A model generated the notes under the pieces. The model had not been told where the DNA came from. It searched no databases and saw only the letters and a program-made list of their open reading frames with translations. DNA of 63,839 nt, the filler included, from Folioceros fuciformis (Eukaryota), in NCBI GenBank assembly GCA_049999805.1. It is 10 parts of 10 records of this genome, joined end to end, with 100 filler letters (N's around TTAATTAATTAA, not from the genome) between each part and the next. Parts side by side here need not be neighbours in the genome. Positions count along the whole stretch, not along the records: positions 29,955 to 53,503 come from JBNGIO010001882.1; 9 more parts are not named here. One strand, given 5' to 3'. This document shows positions 36,392 to 48,930 of this stretch, piece after piece. Position 1 is the first letter of the stretch. Every line of letters begins with the position of its first letter. A program made the translations under genes and the position numbers.

Positions 36392-38189
36392 GTGGCCATG
36401 GCTGATGGAGTGAGAGTCGCAGTGGCTGGTGCAAGGGTCTAAGTCGGCGGAGGAGAATTTTGAAATTGTGAGGGATTCTGGTTGAATTGCCCTCCTAAAG
36501 CACCATATGCTGCGTAGTTGATTCCTCTAGGTGCTCCGCCTCCGCCAGATGGTCCGGCAACACCTCTCAGAAGGAAACCTTGTTCCCAGTTGAGGGAATT
36601 GTTTGTAGGGCCAAAACCAAGGTTGTATGGCCACCCCTGAGGCGATGTTACAGGTGTTGTGGCCTCTACACCACCAGCTTGTGCTGGACTGGCATCAGTG
36701 CCCGAATCCACTATCCCTTCATTATCCAGGTCAAAACTTTCATCATGAGATCCATCCCGTGGATCATCCTGTCGATCTGGGAGCATGACAAAAGGTCAGT
36801 AGTGGGTCGTGCAAACACGACTTGATGATAGCGAAGCTTGTGTGCATCTTGAGCATTGTCATGGTTGCGGCAAATAAGGTGTAGCTACTTGATGCCGTTG
36901 GAGAGACTCTCAACCAAATCTTGAAGGCCACAAATTTGCGCACAAGCAGTAAGGAACTCGTTGTGTTTATCTTGCCTGCTTGGGTGTCGCCTCATAGATG
37001 TTGACCGGGGTGAGCAACATATCGGGCTCGCGCCTTGTCTGGTTGGAACGGGGCTAACCTCGCAACGTCTATGCACAGAAGGATGGCTTGCACGCTGTGG
37101 ATCTGTCGATCGTGGTGCTGTAGATCGCAAATCCTTCTCCTGACAGTCCGTGCAAAGAAAACTTGTTCGTGTAGAGGGAATCGAGCCCTGTTCAATGCGG
37201 ACAATCCTTCTGGGCGCACGCGCTAGGGTCCCGCGTTTCGGCATATTGCAGTGTCGCACATCTGCGCTCGTGTCAGGATCATATTGCAAAGAGCTCTGAT
37301 ACCATAACGCGGTTCAGATGCGCGAGGGGAACGAGCGGCAACGTGCAACAAACAAAATGAAAAACAGTTATATTTTTATCCTTGCAAGGTGTATCTATCT
37401 ACGAAAGTGGTTTGTAGAACTGCTATAACTGATTATTAAACTAACCCTAATTAATCTAGGATTACCTATTCATTATTTCCTTTACTGCAGCCTATAAATC
37501 CATGTGAGAAAAACCTCCTGCAATTTCAAATCCATGGGGCTCCGGAGTGCAGTGGCAAATCCATGGCAAACCTTGTATGCTCACGAACGCAGACACACAC
37601 TTGCTTGTCTCTGCCCGTGGAAGACGAGAGGCGAGACTTGATTCTGTTCGTGGAAGAAGAAGAAGCGGGAAGAAGCGGGACTTGGTTCTAGCCAGGCACA
37701 GTCAATATTTTATTGAAGATATATGCGTATTCGTATATTGTGTGAGTGTAATAGTGTGCACTATAGAACAAGGACAGTAGTTCGCTTGTGATCTGCATTG
37801 CTAGCCCGTTTTTCGTGGCGATAACCCACTGCTTGCAGGTGCCGCTTTATTTCACCGGTTGCCGGTGCCCTCCAAAACCATACGTAGATGCTAACCGTAT
37901 CCCTATGCACAAGCCATGGGATGTCATACATGAAGCATGGCACGGCTGCACGAGTGGATCGGTGGGGCCCAGACCTGGCCACCTAATTTTTAGGGCTAGC
38001 CCTTTAGCTTCAGCCCTGTTTGAGCCCTACGTGGGGCACATTCCAACAAATATTATAATATATATTATTTAAGTTACTGAGCCTGTAGATGTATTACGTT
38101 CAGTTTTATATCGCTTTGGTGTTCACCCCTTGTCCATTCTCTTAATTGTTTTGTAGCTTTTCATGTGAATCCCAAGACTTTATAGAAAA

Positions 38190-39790
38190 GAAAGAGATAG
38201 AAATTCCATCTACCCCATAACAAGGGGAACAACCCTCAATGAGGAAAAGCCAAGAATGGGGACCTAGCCCCCTCGTCCGCCTAGCCTATAGCTCCTATCA
38301 CCCCCTAGATGTCATATTCAGGTACAAAGTATGGCTTACTTACCACCGGGGCCATTGAAGCCGCATTCGCCGTGCTTGATGCTGTTCGAAAAATCGTATT
38401 TGCCAAGGCCTTTTGTAGCGCAATCGAAACCAGTTGCCCGAAAAATGCCACCATGCCACATAGGGGAAGCCTTGCGCCGCTCCTATTGATGTGATGGGCC
38501 TTCGCGCAAGTCTTCAAAAACCTAGAAAAATCCTCACCCATGGCCCCGTGCGTTTCAATAGCAAGGGGGATGAACAAGTGGCCCTACTACATGGGCCTAT
38601 ACTTGCAAGTCTTCCTTGTCGCACTTTCTTCTGCTACCCAACCTGAGGGGTTGATAACGACGTGCTCGCTAATGCTTGTCCGAGTGGGGTGACAACCACA
38701 TCCGGTATAGAAACCTAGTCCCCCTTGGTTAGGAAAAGGTCTGCAATGAGGGAGACGTCGTTGAGCAGGGTATATGGGCGCTCCTTGTAGAGGAAGAAAC
38801 CACCCTCTTTGGCCAAAGAAAACATAACGTCCCTCACTGCATTATGGGTGGCAATGTGCCAGGTGGCTCCCGTGGTCATTGAGAGGGACCCCACAGCTAC
38901 AAAAAGAGAGAGACCAGGCCAACGACTGGACCAAGCCAAGGTGGAACCTCATCGTGCTAGAGAAAGAAGGTAGTGCAATTTGAAAAGCCTACATGCATGG
39001 ATAGGCCAACAGCCAAGAGCCAGCGCCCTTCCCCAAACAAGATCGAAGGCATGCCCAGATCTGCTTGTCAATGGAGGAATTTAGCATGAGGGCCTGCAGC
39101 TCTTGCCCATAATGCTTTTCCATGAGGGTGGCCTGAAGCCCCCTTAATTTCAAGACGTGCTTGTCAAAGTCCCTTAATTTGCAAAGAAAATCTAGGGATG
39201 GAGGCACAGTGTGGATGAGGTACCCGGGGCATTGCGCAAAGCAAGTGAAAAGGATGTCGTAGACCACCTGTGGGTCCCCAAGCTAATGAAGGTCCTCAAT
39301 GTCTGCCAAATCCTCCGTCAAAGCTGCATCCACAAATTCGCGGATCAAGTCGTGGGGGGGCCAACAGGGACCCCCAGGACACGGATCCCCAATGGAGAAT
39401 CGATGTTCCCCTTCGGAAATTGTAGAGATGGAATGATACCAGATGGAGACCAAATCTTACACTTAGAAATCTTGACTATTAGGCCTAAGCATAAGAGCTC
39501 CTTTGAGAAAAGCTCAAAGGCCTCCCTAACCTTATCCCCTGGACCCAGGAGATGGGTGTAATCTACCACAGATGGGGTAGCCCATCTGCGACTAATGAGC
39601 TGTAAGAACACCTCACCCACTGAGATGGGGCGCACACCCGGGGTGGGTTTCTTCAAAGCAAGCAGCCTGCTAGTGCCCAGATTTAGAGCAATTCGAGGGG
39701 GAATCTCACCTTACGCCACAGCAACTGCCAAGGAAAAAAGCTCAAAGAAGACAATATGAAAGCCATGTTGCTCTAACATCCCAGGGTAAG
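38190..39790 (-). mobile_element. CRE-like non-LTR retrotransposon, 5'-truncated and internally deleted
   Basis: RT motifs KKP..GVRPISVGEVF and GL.V..SKCKIW..GIRVLGVPVG. Also GKGAGSWLL, ATHNAVRD, IADL, and the C-terminal FIPLAIETHG...SIALQK RLE tail. Confidence 0.8.
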
Positions 39791-39795
39791 CCTTC

Positions 39796-40030
39796 TTAAC
39801 CAAGCCTATGACATATAGCATTTGAAAGGTCAATGTGCCTATGTTCAAAAAGACCAATCTCAGTAATCATACGCCATAGAAGAAGTTTTTTCACCCTAAA
39901 ATTTGCTTGGCATCGATGCTTCACACTCTTCATGCACGACCTTACACTTAGCTGTATTAGCAGCACAAAGCATGCCAACCTCCTTTTGGCGAAAGTCTTT
40001 TGGACTGTAAGAACACCAATACCTTCTAGT
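39796..40030 (-). pseudogene. Second MULE-SWIM family fragment (N-terminal region), cut by the CRE-like element
   Basis: RYWCSYSPKDFR and SVKHRCQANFRVKKLLLW...HRHID...ICH match RYWCAYGPEDYR and SIKHGCQASFTVKRLFLW...IRHSD...VCH of the 30018 ORF. It is frameshifted. Confidence 0.7.
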
Positions 40031-40119
40031 TGCAACGTAAAAATATTAACACCTCCCAAAGTAATAAAACAATTTGCATACTTCAAACATTCGTACTTGA
40101 CATATGATGCAACTGTAAG

Positions 40120-40290
40120 CACTATCGGTACTACAGGATGAGGTAAACTCCCTGTGTAAGCACTGTTAGTACTATAGGACGAGGAAAACTACTTGAACCC
40201 TTAGAATCCTTCTATAACGGTACTAAGAATCCTTCTATAACGGTACTACAGGATGAGGTAAACTCCTTGGACCCTTAGAATCCTTCTTAT
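40120..40290. repeat. Short imperfect repeats
   Basis: GTACTA(C/T)AGGA(T/C)GAGG occurs three times and AGAATCCTTCT three times. Confidence 0.7.
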
Positions 40291-40771
40291 AGAAGTTTGT
40301 AAGATGGGAGCTTACACCACTCATTCCCTCCAATAAAGTCTCCTACTCTAGAAAAGGATATGTGAGCCACTCTCTCATGTTTTTCTGCCATGGTGCCCTA
40401 GAATGGTCATATTGAGAAGAAACCCATTTTAGGTCAGTATGGTTAAATAACCCTAATTTAGGAAGCTGCATCACAAAAGGTGTGTTAGTTCATAATTCTT
40501 CTAAATCACCACAAAAATTTAAATCCATATTATTATCCTTCAACCCAAAACTCTTATTTCTAATGATAAAACCCTAATCCTAATCCTAACCTAATCTCAA
40601 TCTTAAACCAACATCCCCATCCCAAATAAGAACACAAGGACGCTTCAAAAACAAGTTGCACATTCCACCCTAAACTCGCACCTAACAACATGGGAATGGC
40701 GGCATGGAAATGGCGGGAGTTTGGACACGCCCACAAGGTTGTACTTGTAACCTTAAACAAATATTATTAGT

Positions 40772-40880
40772 ACCGTGTAAACGGATAACTACTACTGTTG
40801 TAAACGGATAACAATTATCGTCGTAAAAGGATAACAACTACCGTCGTAAACGGATAACAACTACCGTCGTAAACAGATAC
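40772..40880. repeat. ~22-23 bp tandem repeat, about 5 copies
   Basis: Consensus GTAAACGGATAACAACTACCGTC. Confidence 0.85.
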
Positions 40881-41348
40881 GAACTCCAGGGTTTCTCATG
40901 TCCCGTGCTGTGAACACTTATGGCCACCTGTTCCATGCTGCATGACTTACCATGCTATGCCCATGGGCAAGAACATAAAGGTACATGTAGCCGGCGTGGG
41001 GGCTTCCCGGACACACGTGCCGGCCTTAATGGCCATCGGGTATCCATTGGCAAGCGCCCTAAACGGAGCCTGCAAATACAGTACTACGGTTGTTAGTTGC
41101 TCGCTGTGCATGGCGGGTCCGTTTGTGATTATTGTTTTAGGGTTTGGCCTGTAAGGTCTGCGGATGTCCATGTGAGCTGTTGTCAGCCGTAGCCTGCGGT
41201 GCGGGAATCGTGTGGAAATCGACCCACAACACAGATCAGATCGTGAACCAGGAGGAATTTTATGGATTGATTCTAGGGGAGTGCACAATTGTTGGATCGG
41301 TTTAAAGTTGGTGTAAGAATTGGAGTCGGCAGTACGCTTTGCGGAGGG

Positions 41349-43705
41349 ATGGCGGAACTGGCTTTGGAACAGGAGCTTCGGAACCATCTGTTAGAGCAGA
41401 GATCATCGTTAGATGACGTGGATGCTGCTCTGGCCAGCGATCAGACCAATGAGGAGCTGCTACAGGTAATCTACGCTCTGGTGACTTGCCATCGAATGTT
41501 TATTATGCCCTGCTGTGAAGACCGTCCTGGTGACGTGCTCGGGAGAGAAGATTGGCTGAAACGTCAGCAGGGTGCCATGGCTTGCTGCCGCTTCAAGAGA
41601 CTGCACACCGCTGCGGATTCTGAGATTGCAGTCAGCCTGTGCACAGATCCGGGGGGAGCTTTTCGCAGCAATTACAGCTGCAGAAGATAGCCTGCGTCAG
41701 TTGAGGCAGACGACCCCTATATTGCATGCGGTTGAGCCGCAAGCTCATCCCAGTGCTGTGGACTCCTCGCCTGATGTCGATGATGTTTCTGGAGACAAAG
41801 TTGTGACAAGAAGCGATTCGGATGGCGAGGGCTTGCATCAGGCTGAAGGGCTGACCTACTTAGCCGGATCGAAGTGTCGGTTTCGACACACAGACGGACG
41901 CTGGTATAATGGAAAGGTGATCGATGTGATCGAGCACGGAATTGCCAGAGTATCGTTTCTGACCCCAACAGCTGAGAAGATGCAGGTTTTCACACTGATC
42001 CCTTTCCTACTTGTCATGGCTTCTTGGGAGTCTTGCATGATCAAGTTTGCAAGCCTTGTGTGCCTCAGGCGGATATTTGATTTCAGCTGGCTTTTCTTTA
42101 GCTACAGCAATTGGGATGTGTCCAAGCAGTCCTGGTTCGACATGTCAGTCTGTGCTTTGACGTGTTAGTGTTTGCTTGTTGTGTCAATACTGGTTTAAGG
42201 GTGAAGCTCAAAGCTCTCTCCCCAAACTGATGAGTGGGCTGGTCCTACCTTCTAGTGTATCGAAGACTATGCAGTCTTGATGTGTCTCTTGGTGGTCGGG
42301 AGTCTTGTACCTGCTGATGCTTAAGTCGTAAGTCTGTGCTGAACGACCCAGTTTGAAACTGGTGATTGGTGATTCAGATATGGACAGAGGGAGGTGTTTT
42401 CCCAGCTGGTGGATTATGATCTAGGCAGCTTCTGCCTTGCACATCAATCTGGAATGGGCATTGCGCCAATATTGTGTGCATGATTGGTGGACTTCAATTT
42501 TGTTGGGGACGGTGGACGGAAACTAACATGGATCGGCACAAGTGCAGATCTGCAGATTCTACCTGCAGCAGCGCTGTCGGTTTGGTGGTACTTGTCGGCT
42601 GTCACATGGTATGTGCTTTCTCACCAGTTGAAGTCGCTTTTGAGGTGTGTTTCCTGGCAAGTATCGCTCGTTATTTAATGCTTCTTTTCTCTTGTCAGGG
42701 TTGGAGATCCCCCTCTCTGCATTGCGGCAATTCATTTCGCCAGACTTGGACAATGTCCCGCTTGGTTCCACAGTTCTTGCATGTGCCAACTCTGACGACA
42801 GTTCTTTGGGTCTTTGGAGACCTGCGGAGCTGGAAGCCTGGGACTCAAAACTTAAGTATGGTCGTGTGGTTTTCATCAGTAATGGACAGCGGGTGGATGT
42901 GGACTTAGAAACGCTGGCACTGTCAGAACATGCCATAAGTGATGAGGAGAGTTACAGTTCTGGCAGTGAGTCGGAGGATGATGCCTGTAAGCGTCGAACA
43001 TCTCACCTGGACTTCGTGCATGCCACCTTCAACTTGGGAGCTCTCCCCACTGGACCTCAGACAGAGACCGTCACTTTTGCTAGGTGGGAGAAGCACACAA
43101 GAGGGGTGGCCTCAAAGCTAATGGCTGGGATGGGATATCGGGAAGGCATGGGGCTTGGTAGAGATGGACAAGGTATTGTGGATCCGGTGCAGGCTAAGGT
43201 TTTCCCTCGTCATCGGTCCCTTGACTTTGCACACGATTCTGGAGCAGCTGGGAAGGAGACCGAGAGCTTGGTGAAAAAGAAAAAATCTAGGGGCGGGAAA
43301 AGGAAACGGGACAAGAAGTGGGCAGCTGCAGCTGTAGCCGGCAAAGCGGAGGAGGATAGAGGACCCGATGTCTTTGGCTTCATCAATAATCAGCTAGCTG
43401 GGAAACAAGGGAAGATAGATGCAACCTCGAAAGACATGCCCGACTCGGGTTCCGCGTCCAAGAAGGTGAGAGCAGGTCGCCCTTCACTCGTTCTCCAGGA
43501 GGAAGAGTTGAACGAACTAAGGACTAAAGTGAGCAAACTGGAGGAGATGGCGAAGAGAAACCGGAAAGAAAAGGTTGTGTTGGAGGCTGTGCTACGGAAA
43601 CTGGAAGACGCTCGGAGAGCTGTGTCGGAAGCTGAAGCAGTCCACGCCACTGCCACGCATAGTATCTACAGCAAGGAGAGAGAACAGAAGTGGCTAAGAT
43701 TCTAG
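41349..43705 (+). CDS. ZGPAT-like CCCH zinc finger + Tudor-like + G-patch protein; exons 41349-41465, 41647-41985, 42548-42608, 42699-43705
   Basis: Tudor-like [40 protein letters not shown]-patch [35 protein letters not shown]-terminal KWLRF. Splice sites are canonical. Confidence 0.92.
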
Positions 43706-44544
43706 TACCCAGGAAGGAGAAAGAGAGTAAGTGGCAAAGATTCTATTACCCGCCTGGCCTGACGGGATGGGTGTTAAACGTTTAAAGGTGTTTATGAGTT
43801 CTAAATATGCCTTACTTTGTGTAATGACATGGAACCACAGCGTCAGATACCGTCTTCTCCCTCTAAGATCGGTGAACATCTGTTTCCATTGGTAAAACAC
43901 GATATTGCAACATACCTAGTAGAGAGTAGAAACTCCTTTGAAATTCAGGAGTTGCTGTGCGCTGACAATGGAGATTTTGTTGAACTTTTTGTAAAACCCT
44001 AAATAATTTAGGGTATATAATAAAAATAATAATTAATTTCAAATTATATAATAAAAATTATGCAAAAAAGGAGAATTTTGATATGCTTCAGCACGAGGAA
44101 AATAATAGAAAAAAACAGTTTTTGGGAAAAGGGAAAGGAGAGAACTTATCCCTCCTTAAAATATACATATAGACTACAAAACAAGAAATCTAGATTAATA
44201 TAAGAAAAAAATTATATAATGATTTTGAATTTTTCTGTAAAAAACTCCTTTCTTATAAATATACATATAGACTACGGAATTAGAAATCCAGCCTTCCCAT
44301 CCATACCTGATGGCCATTAAGGCAAATACGGTCAAACTCTTGCATATGCACAACTCACAACTTGATGTACCCTACCTTCATATATACATATGCGACATAG
44401 CAATAGTAGTTCGTGTTACAGGCACAACAGCAATACCATACGCGGCTTTCCAATTCCATACCCTGCTTTCCATACCCGGGAGACAAGCTTTCTAAACCGT
44501 TGCTTTCAAACTCCAGTTTCAACTCACATTTTCAAATCGTTGCT

Positions 44545-44730
44545 CTTGTAAGAAAGCGTGCACCTGCGAACGCCTAAGCAAGAGACTTCAAAGCTTTGGT
44601 GTCACAAGAAAGCATGCGCACGTGGGGGATGCCTAAGCAGCAATGGAGATGGACAAGAAAGCGTGCGCACGCGGGCGAACGCCTAAGTCACTGTGGAGAC
44701 ATGCAATAAATCATGTGCACGCGAGCGGAT
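44545..44730. repeat. Three to four copies of AAGAAAGC(G/A)TGC.CAC...G.G.A.GCCTAAG
   Basis: Copies at about 44550, 44606 and 44655, with a weak one near 44713. Confidence 0.7.
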
Positions 44731-46179
44731 GTTATGGAATAATGGTGAACTCTTTAGTTAATACCTGCAATTACGAGCGAGCTAGAAGAATACGTAGAAT
44801 AATGGCAATAGTAAAGGCATTGACAAGAATGACGGACGGGAGTCGCGGGCCCGTCAACAATTGTTGAGAGGATGTCCTTGGGATAAATAAAGGGGCATCA
44901 GAAGGAAAGGCGGATTGCTTGATGTCTACTAAGTAAGTTAGTATACTGCCAGACGGATCCCATAGGACAACGTTCTGATTGTCACGAAGCACTAATTCTT
45001 CAGGAATGGAAGGAGCCTCAAGAAAATCCCTTTTTGCATACCAGACAACAATGGACAACGTGGTGAAATCGGGACAAAGGAAACTACGAAAAACCGAACA
45101 CAAGGGCAAACATCCTAATTTTTGAAGGATCGGAATATGGTACAAGGGTCTTTCATTGCCAATATACTTAGAAGGGTTGGCTTCATGGACATTGAATCAC
45201 CCGATTTGCCACTTTGTATATGCTCCCCACCAAAAATCATGGTCACTCGTCAATTTCAAGTCCCATGATAAAAAAACCAAACCTTACAGTCATGGACGTA
45301 GAGCTTTGCGCATTGGAAAATTATGCCTAAACAACACCCATGTCAGCTCATCCTTCCTGTTGGTAAGTAATTCTAATATTCAACTTTTTCTCAAACAAGG
45401 AGTACACGAGTATGGTTTAGTTCCGAATGCTGGGTGCCCAAACCTTGTGTAGTTAGGTGAACCATGGTCTTTAGAAAGTGGAGAACTACGGAGGGCACCA
45501 ACATGTCAGTGCCATGCCACATCTAAGCATTAATCCTATTGTCCAACTCTTACTTTTCAGTGAACTAGTATGTTCTAATGAGGGACAACAATAACGGGTA
45601 CTCACCTCGTAAGTCGTTTAGCGAATTCCTTTTTGCTAGTAGCCATAGTTGGGCATCAAAAAATGAAGTTTACAGGTAAAATCATACATGCATGCACTCT
45701 TCATCTATCTCCGTCATCACATGATACCTAACTAAAATCCAGAGGATATTGTCTTTTTCCATGAAACAAGTTCTAATCAAAACGGTCAGATTCCACAAAG
45801 CCCGTTTGGCACATTCTATCATTAGTACGATCCTAGTTTTTTATCCACTTTTTGAAAACGTTACTTGTGTGGACTTGTCTACTCTGATTATTTATCACCT
45901 TTTTTACTTATCTATACTAACCAGTGCTTCAACTCCTTAATTCAAAAATAGAAAACCAAGAAGTCTAGGTACACCAGTCTAGCGGCACACTCCTATAGTG
46001 TGGGTGCGCCAGTCTACCGGAATCAGTGGAGAATGCGTGGATGGGGGTGCCGTACGCGTCGGTGAGTTGCGTCTTCAACCATCAGCGGTTCTGTGCAATT
46101 TGTTTTTTGCTCCTCGACTGTAGATGCATCAATGGTGCAGCAGCTTTTATTTCTTTTTCTGGAATATGGTTCAACAACT

Positions 46180-47800
46180 TGATACTCTCATCCGGTGACC
46201 AATATTGATCTATGCAATACTACTTCCCTTTCATCACTGTTATTAAGCCCCAACCTCCTTGGCTCCCCCTTGTGATCTTCAACTGATTTTGGAAAGAAAT
46301 GTTGTGCAGCAGCGGAACAGCGAATACAGTCTGATAACCAGCTTTCTCTTAAGGTATAGGCCACACAAATCGCCAAAAGTCAGGCACCTCTTTCACTTTA
46401 TGCACAACTGGCATTGGTGTATAAGCGCTCTACATAATAGCAAGTAAAGTGCAAGTAAAGTCAAAGCTTCTTTTCTACCTAGAATAGTAGAAAACGGGAA
46501 AAACATCTAGTCCACTTGGTCGTGAGTGTGGCTCACTAACAGAAACCCCATTTTCACCTTCTTGAAGATTCCTTTCTCCACCAACATATTTAGACAGGAA
46601 AATAACAACACATTTTTATTTTCCCTTGCTGTGTTGTCCAACTGCAAATACAGAACCTGTGGAAGAAGTAATGTGTAATCGTGTATTGCATATTGGATAA
46701 TTGAAATCGTTAGGTTCGCATTGTTCTTGATATTACCATATTCTATGAAAAGCTCCGGAGTCATTGTACTATTGTACATCATGCATTCAACAACATGTAC
46801 ATCAAGAAGATCAATGTCCACTAAATCTTTAGGAAGATGCAGAAATGAGGAATTTGAGTTTTCTGTTGATCCATACCATCAATTGACAACCCAATATATT
46901 TTCCAGGATCACCATAACACTTCACTTGGTGCTGCATACTCTTTTCTCGTTCGGACTATCTTTGTTGATATACTCGCAAGTTTGCTTCAAATCCCTCTAT
47001 CCATAACGAAAAGCAGACTTTTATCATTGAGCAGTGACATGAAACAATTGAAAAGTAACTTAGTCTAAAAGGCTGGCAGACTCTTCTATGTTGCAACAGA
47101 AGTGCGCCTATCTACCGACGGAAGGTAACATGCAGGAAATACAGTGTGCCCGGTAGACCGACACAATCCAAAATGTAGGAACAAAAGTGCGTCGGTAGAC
47201 CGGAGCACAGCAGCAACTTTAACACTAATTTGTCATTCTTATGGAAAAAAAAATTGTCAAGCATTCGTTGTCTAGAAAACTGAAGGACATGATGTACCTT
47301 GTTTTTGTTTATCAAACTCGGAGCGAGTGTTCCTTTTCAGGTAATCGCAAGTGGTACACACAGAAAATCTGTTGTTTTTTTGGAATCCGCACTTTAGGAA
47401 AGTGGGAAGACTACAATTGACAGAAATAAGAGTACGAAATGCTGTACTGCAGGGTCTAGTAGATGCGAAGCCTGTGTGCATATGAGCCACACTGCACCGC
47501 GTCCATGATCAACTCATTGCCGAACCATGACCGAATCTCCTCATACAGAGACCTGACAGCTGGACGTTTGTCCATGGCTGCACACACATTCTCCACAATG
47601 TACCAGCATCGTGGATTCACAATCTGGACTTCTCACACAATTCGTGCGAGCTCAGCAGCCAACGAAACTCCTTCACCTTTGCCTTTGCCTACTATTGAAA
47701 ATGTCTTGCATTCTCATCCCACGATCAACATATCCACCGGACTCGACAAGGCTTGTAGCTGCCGCTTCCTCACCAGGTTCACGTTTGTGGGCAGCCTGCT
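46180..47800 (-). mobile_element. Degenerate Sola-like / DUF7869-type DDD transposase
   Basis: Motifs NRFSVCTTC, LYLQLDNTARENKN and FLLVSHTHDQVD*MFS, with multiple stops and frameshifts. It may extend to about 44770. Confidence 0.7.
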
Positions 47801-47849
47801 CTAGCAGCCTCGAATTGCTTCCTCGCTCAATAGCATTGGGTACTGCTTA

Positions 47850-48700
47850 CAAAACCTGAGAATTCGGCTCCTAGCCACAGCCCAAGCCTTCTCGTCCTTC
47901 TCCACGTAGGTATATTTGCGTACCTTGACGCCACACTACAACACCGCTTCCAGGCCACTGCTGATTCTTGAGCAGAGCTCCAACAGATGGATGCCTTCAG
48001 CACCCACCTTCCATCGTACTAGAGCATCGTTGATGTGTCGATCTCCTACCTTGGCAGGCCTCACATCTAGGATCAACCTCTCAGGATATGTGTCTGTGAG
48101 ATTCCATGGTCGATTCTCCTTCCTTCGTTGGTTTTCTCGAACCCTAGCTTCATCCAAATACTCTGAACGCACAACCTTGAGCACACTCTTCTGCTCTCTT
48201 GGCTTCGGCATCTCCAGAGAGGATAACTCCTGCGTTTCCTCCCACATCTCATGTCGACGCTCACTTTGAGCACTGTGGGCAATCATGGCGCTGCCTGTCA
48301 TTCTCATCCTGCTCTTCTCACCACTCCTGTTCATCCTCAAGAGAATTCGTGCAACATGCATGAAATCTTCATCAGGGTCAGAGAACAAAATTCTCTACTT
48401 TGTCTTGTTGGCCATGTTGGCCATCTCTTTCTTGAGCTCCTCCACCTGCCCGAGGAGAGCCTTGCGACTTGGGCCCTTGCCCTTCTCCTTCTCAGCAGAT
48501 GCAAGCTTGGGCTTCAGCTCTAGGTTGGCTTCCCAACACGCTGCCTCCATGTGACCCCATCTGCCACAAGACTGCCACATGGACCCAACATATGGACTCC
48601 ATATGTTTCAAGTATGACATGGTGAGCCAGTTGGGAAGATTTCAAGCCGGAAAAGACCACATGTAAGCGATCCCTATTCACACCTGCACTGCATGGACAT
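47850..48700 (-). mobile_element. Retroelement gag-like remnant with degenerate CCHC knuckles
   Basis: HMESICW and SCGRWGHMEAACW, followed by charged coiled segments. It is frameshifted. Confidence 0.45.
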
Positions 48701-48930
48701 TTCTTTTAGTCTAGAGGGTACCAAAAAAGAAGCCAATCGTGACCAGTGGCCACAGGGTTTTTGCAGCGTGCATGCAGCAGTTACTCAAGTATAGTCAGAG
48801 CGTTCTTGGCCGAACTGTGGGACATGCTCTGATCTTCCGGCACATCTGGTATGCACACACAATTTATGCATCTTCCAGCTACATGTCAAGCTCACCTCCT
48901 GAAGGAAGAGGGATAGGTCTTACTTAGAAA

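Larger units (their letters stand above)
32439..37484 (-). mobile_element. LTR retrotransposon: 180-bp LTRs at 32439-32618 and 37305-37484, TSD CTGCA, tRNA-iMet PBS 37293-37304, PPT 32619-32627
   Basis: The direct repeats differ at 7 positions, all transitions. CTGCA occurs at 32434-32438 and 37485-37489. The minus strand reads TGGTATCAGAGC directly after the 5' LTR and AAGAGGGAG directly before the 3' LTR. Confidence 0.92.
32350..37570. repeat. ~32-bp minisatellite split by the LTR insertion (units at 32350-32438 and 37485-37570)
   Basis: Unit CTGCAGCCT(T/A)...ATCCATG... recurs on both flanks. Removing 32439-37489 restores the periodicity. Confidence 0.75.

Noticed and set aside
40565-40600. 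Telomere-like (AAACCCT/CCTAAT) motifs here and near 60640-60765
   Set aside because: Only 1-4 degenerate units are present. They are at most telo-box-like and do not form an interstitial telomere array.
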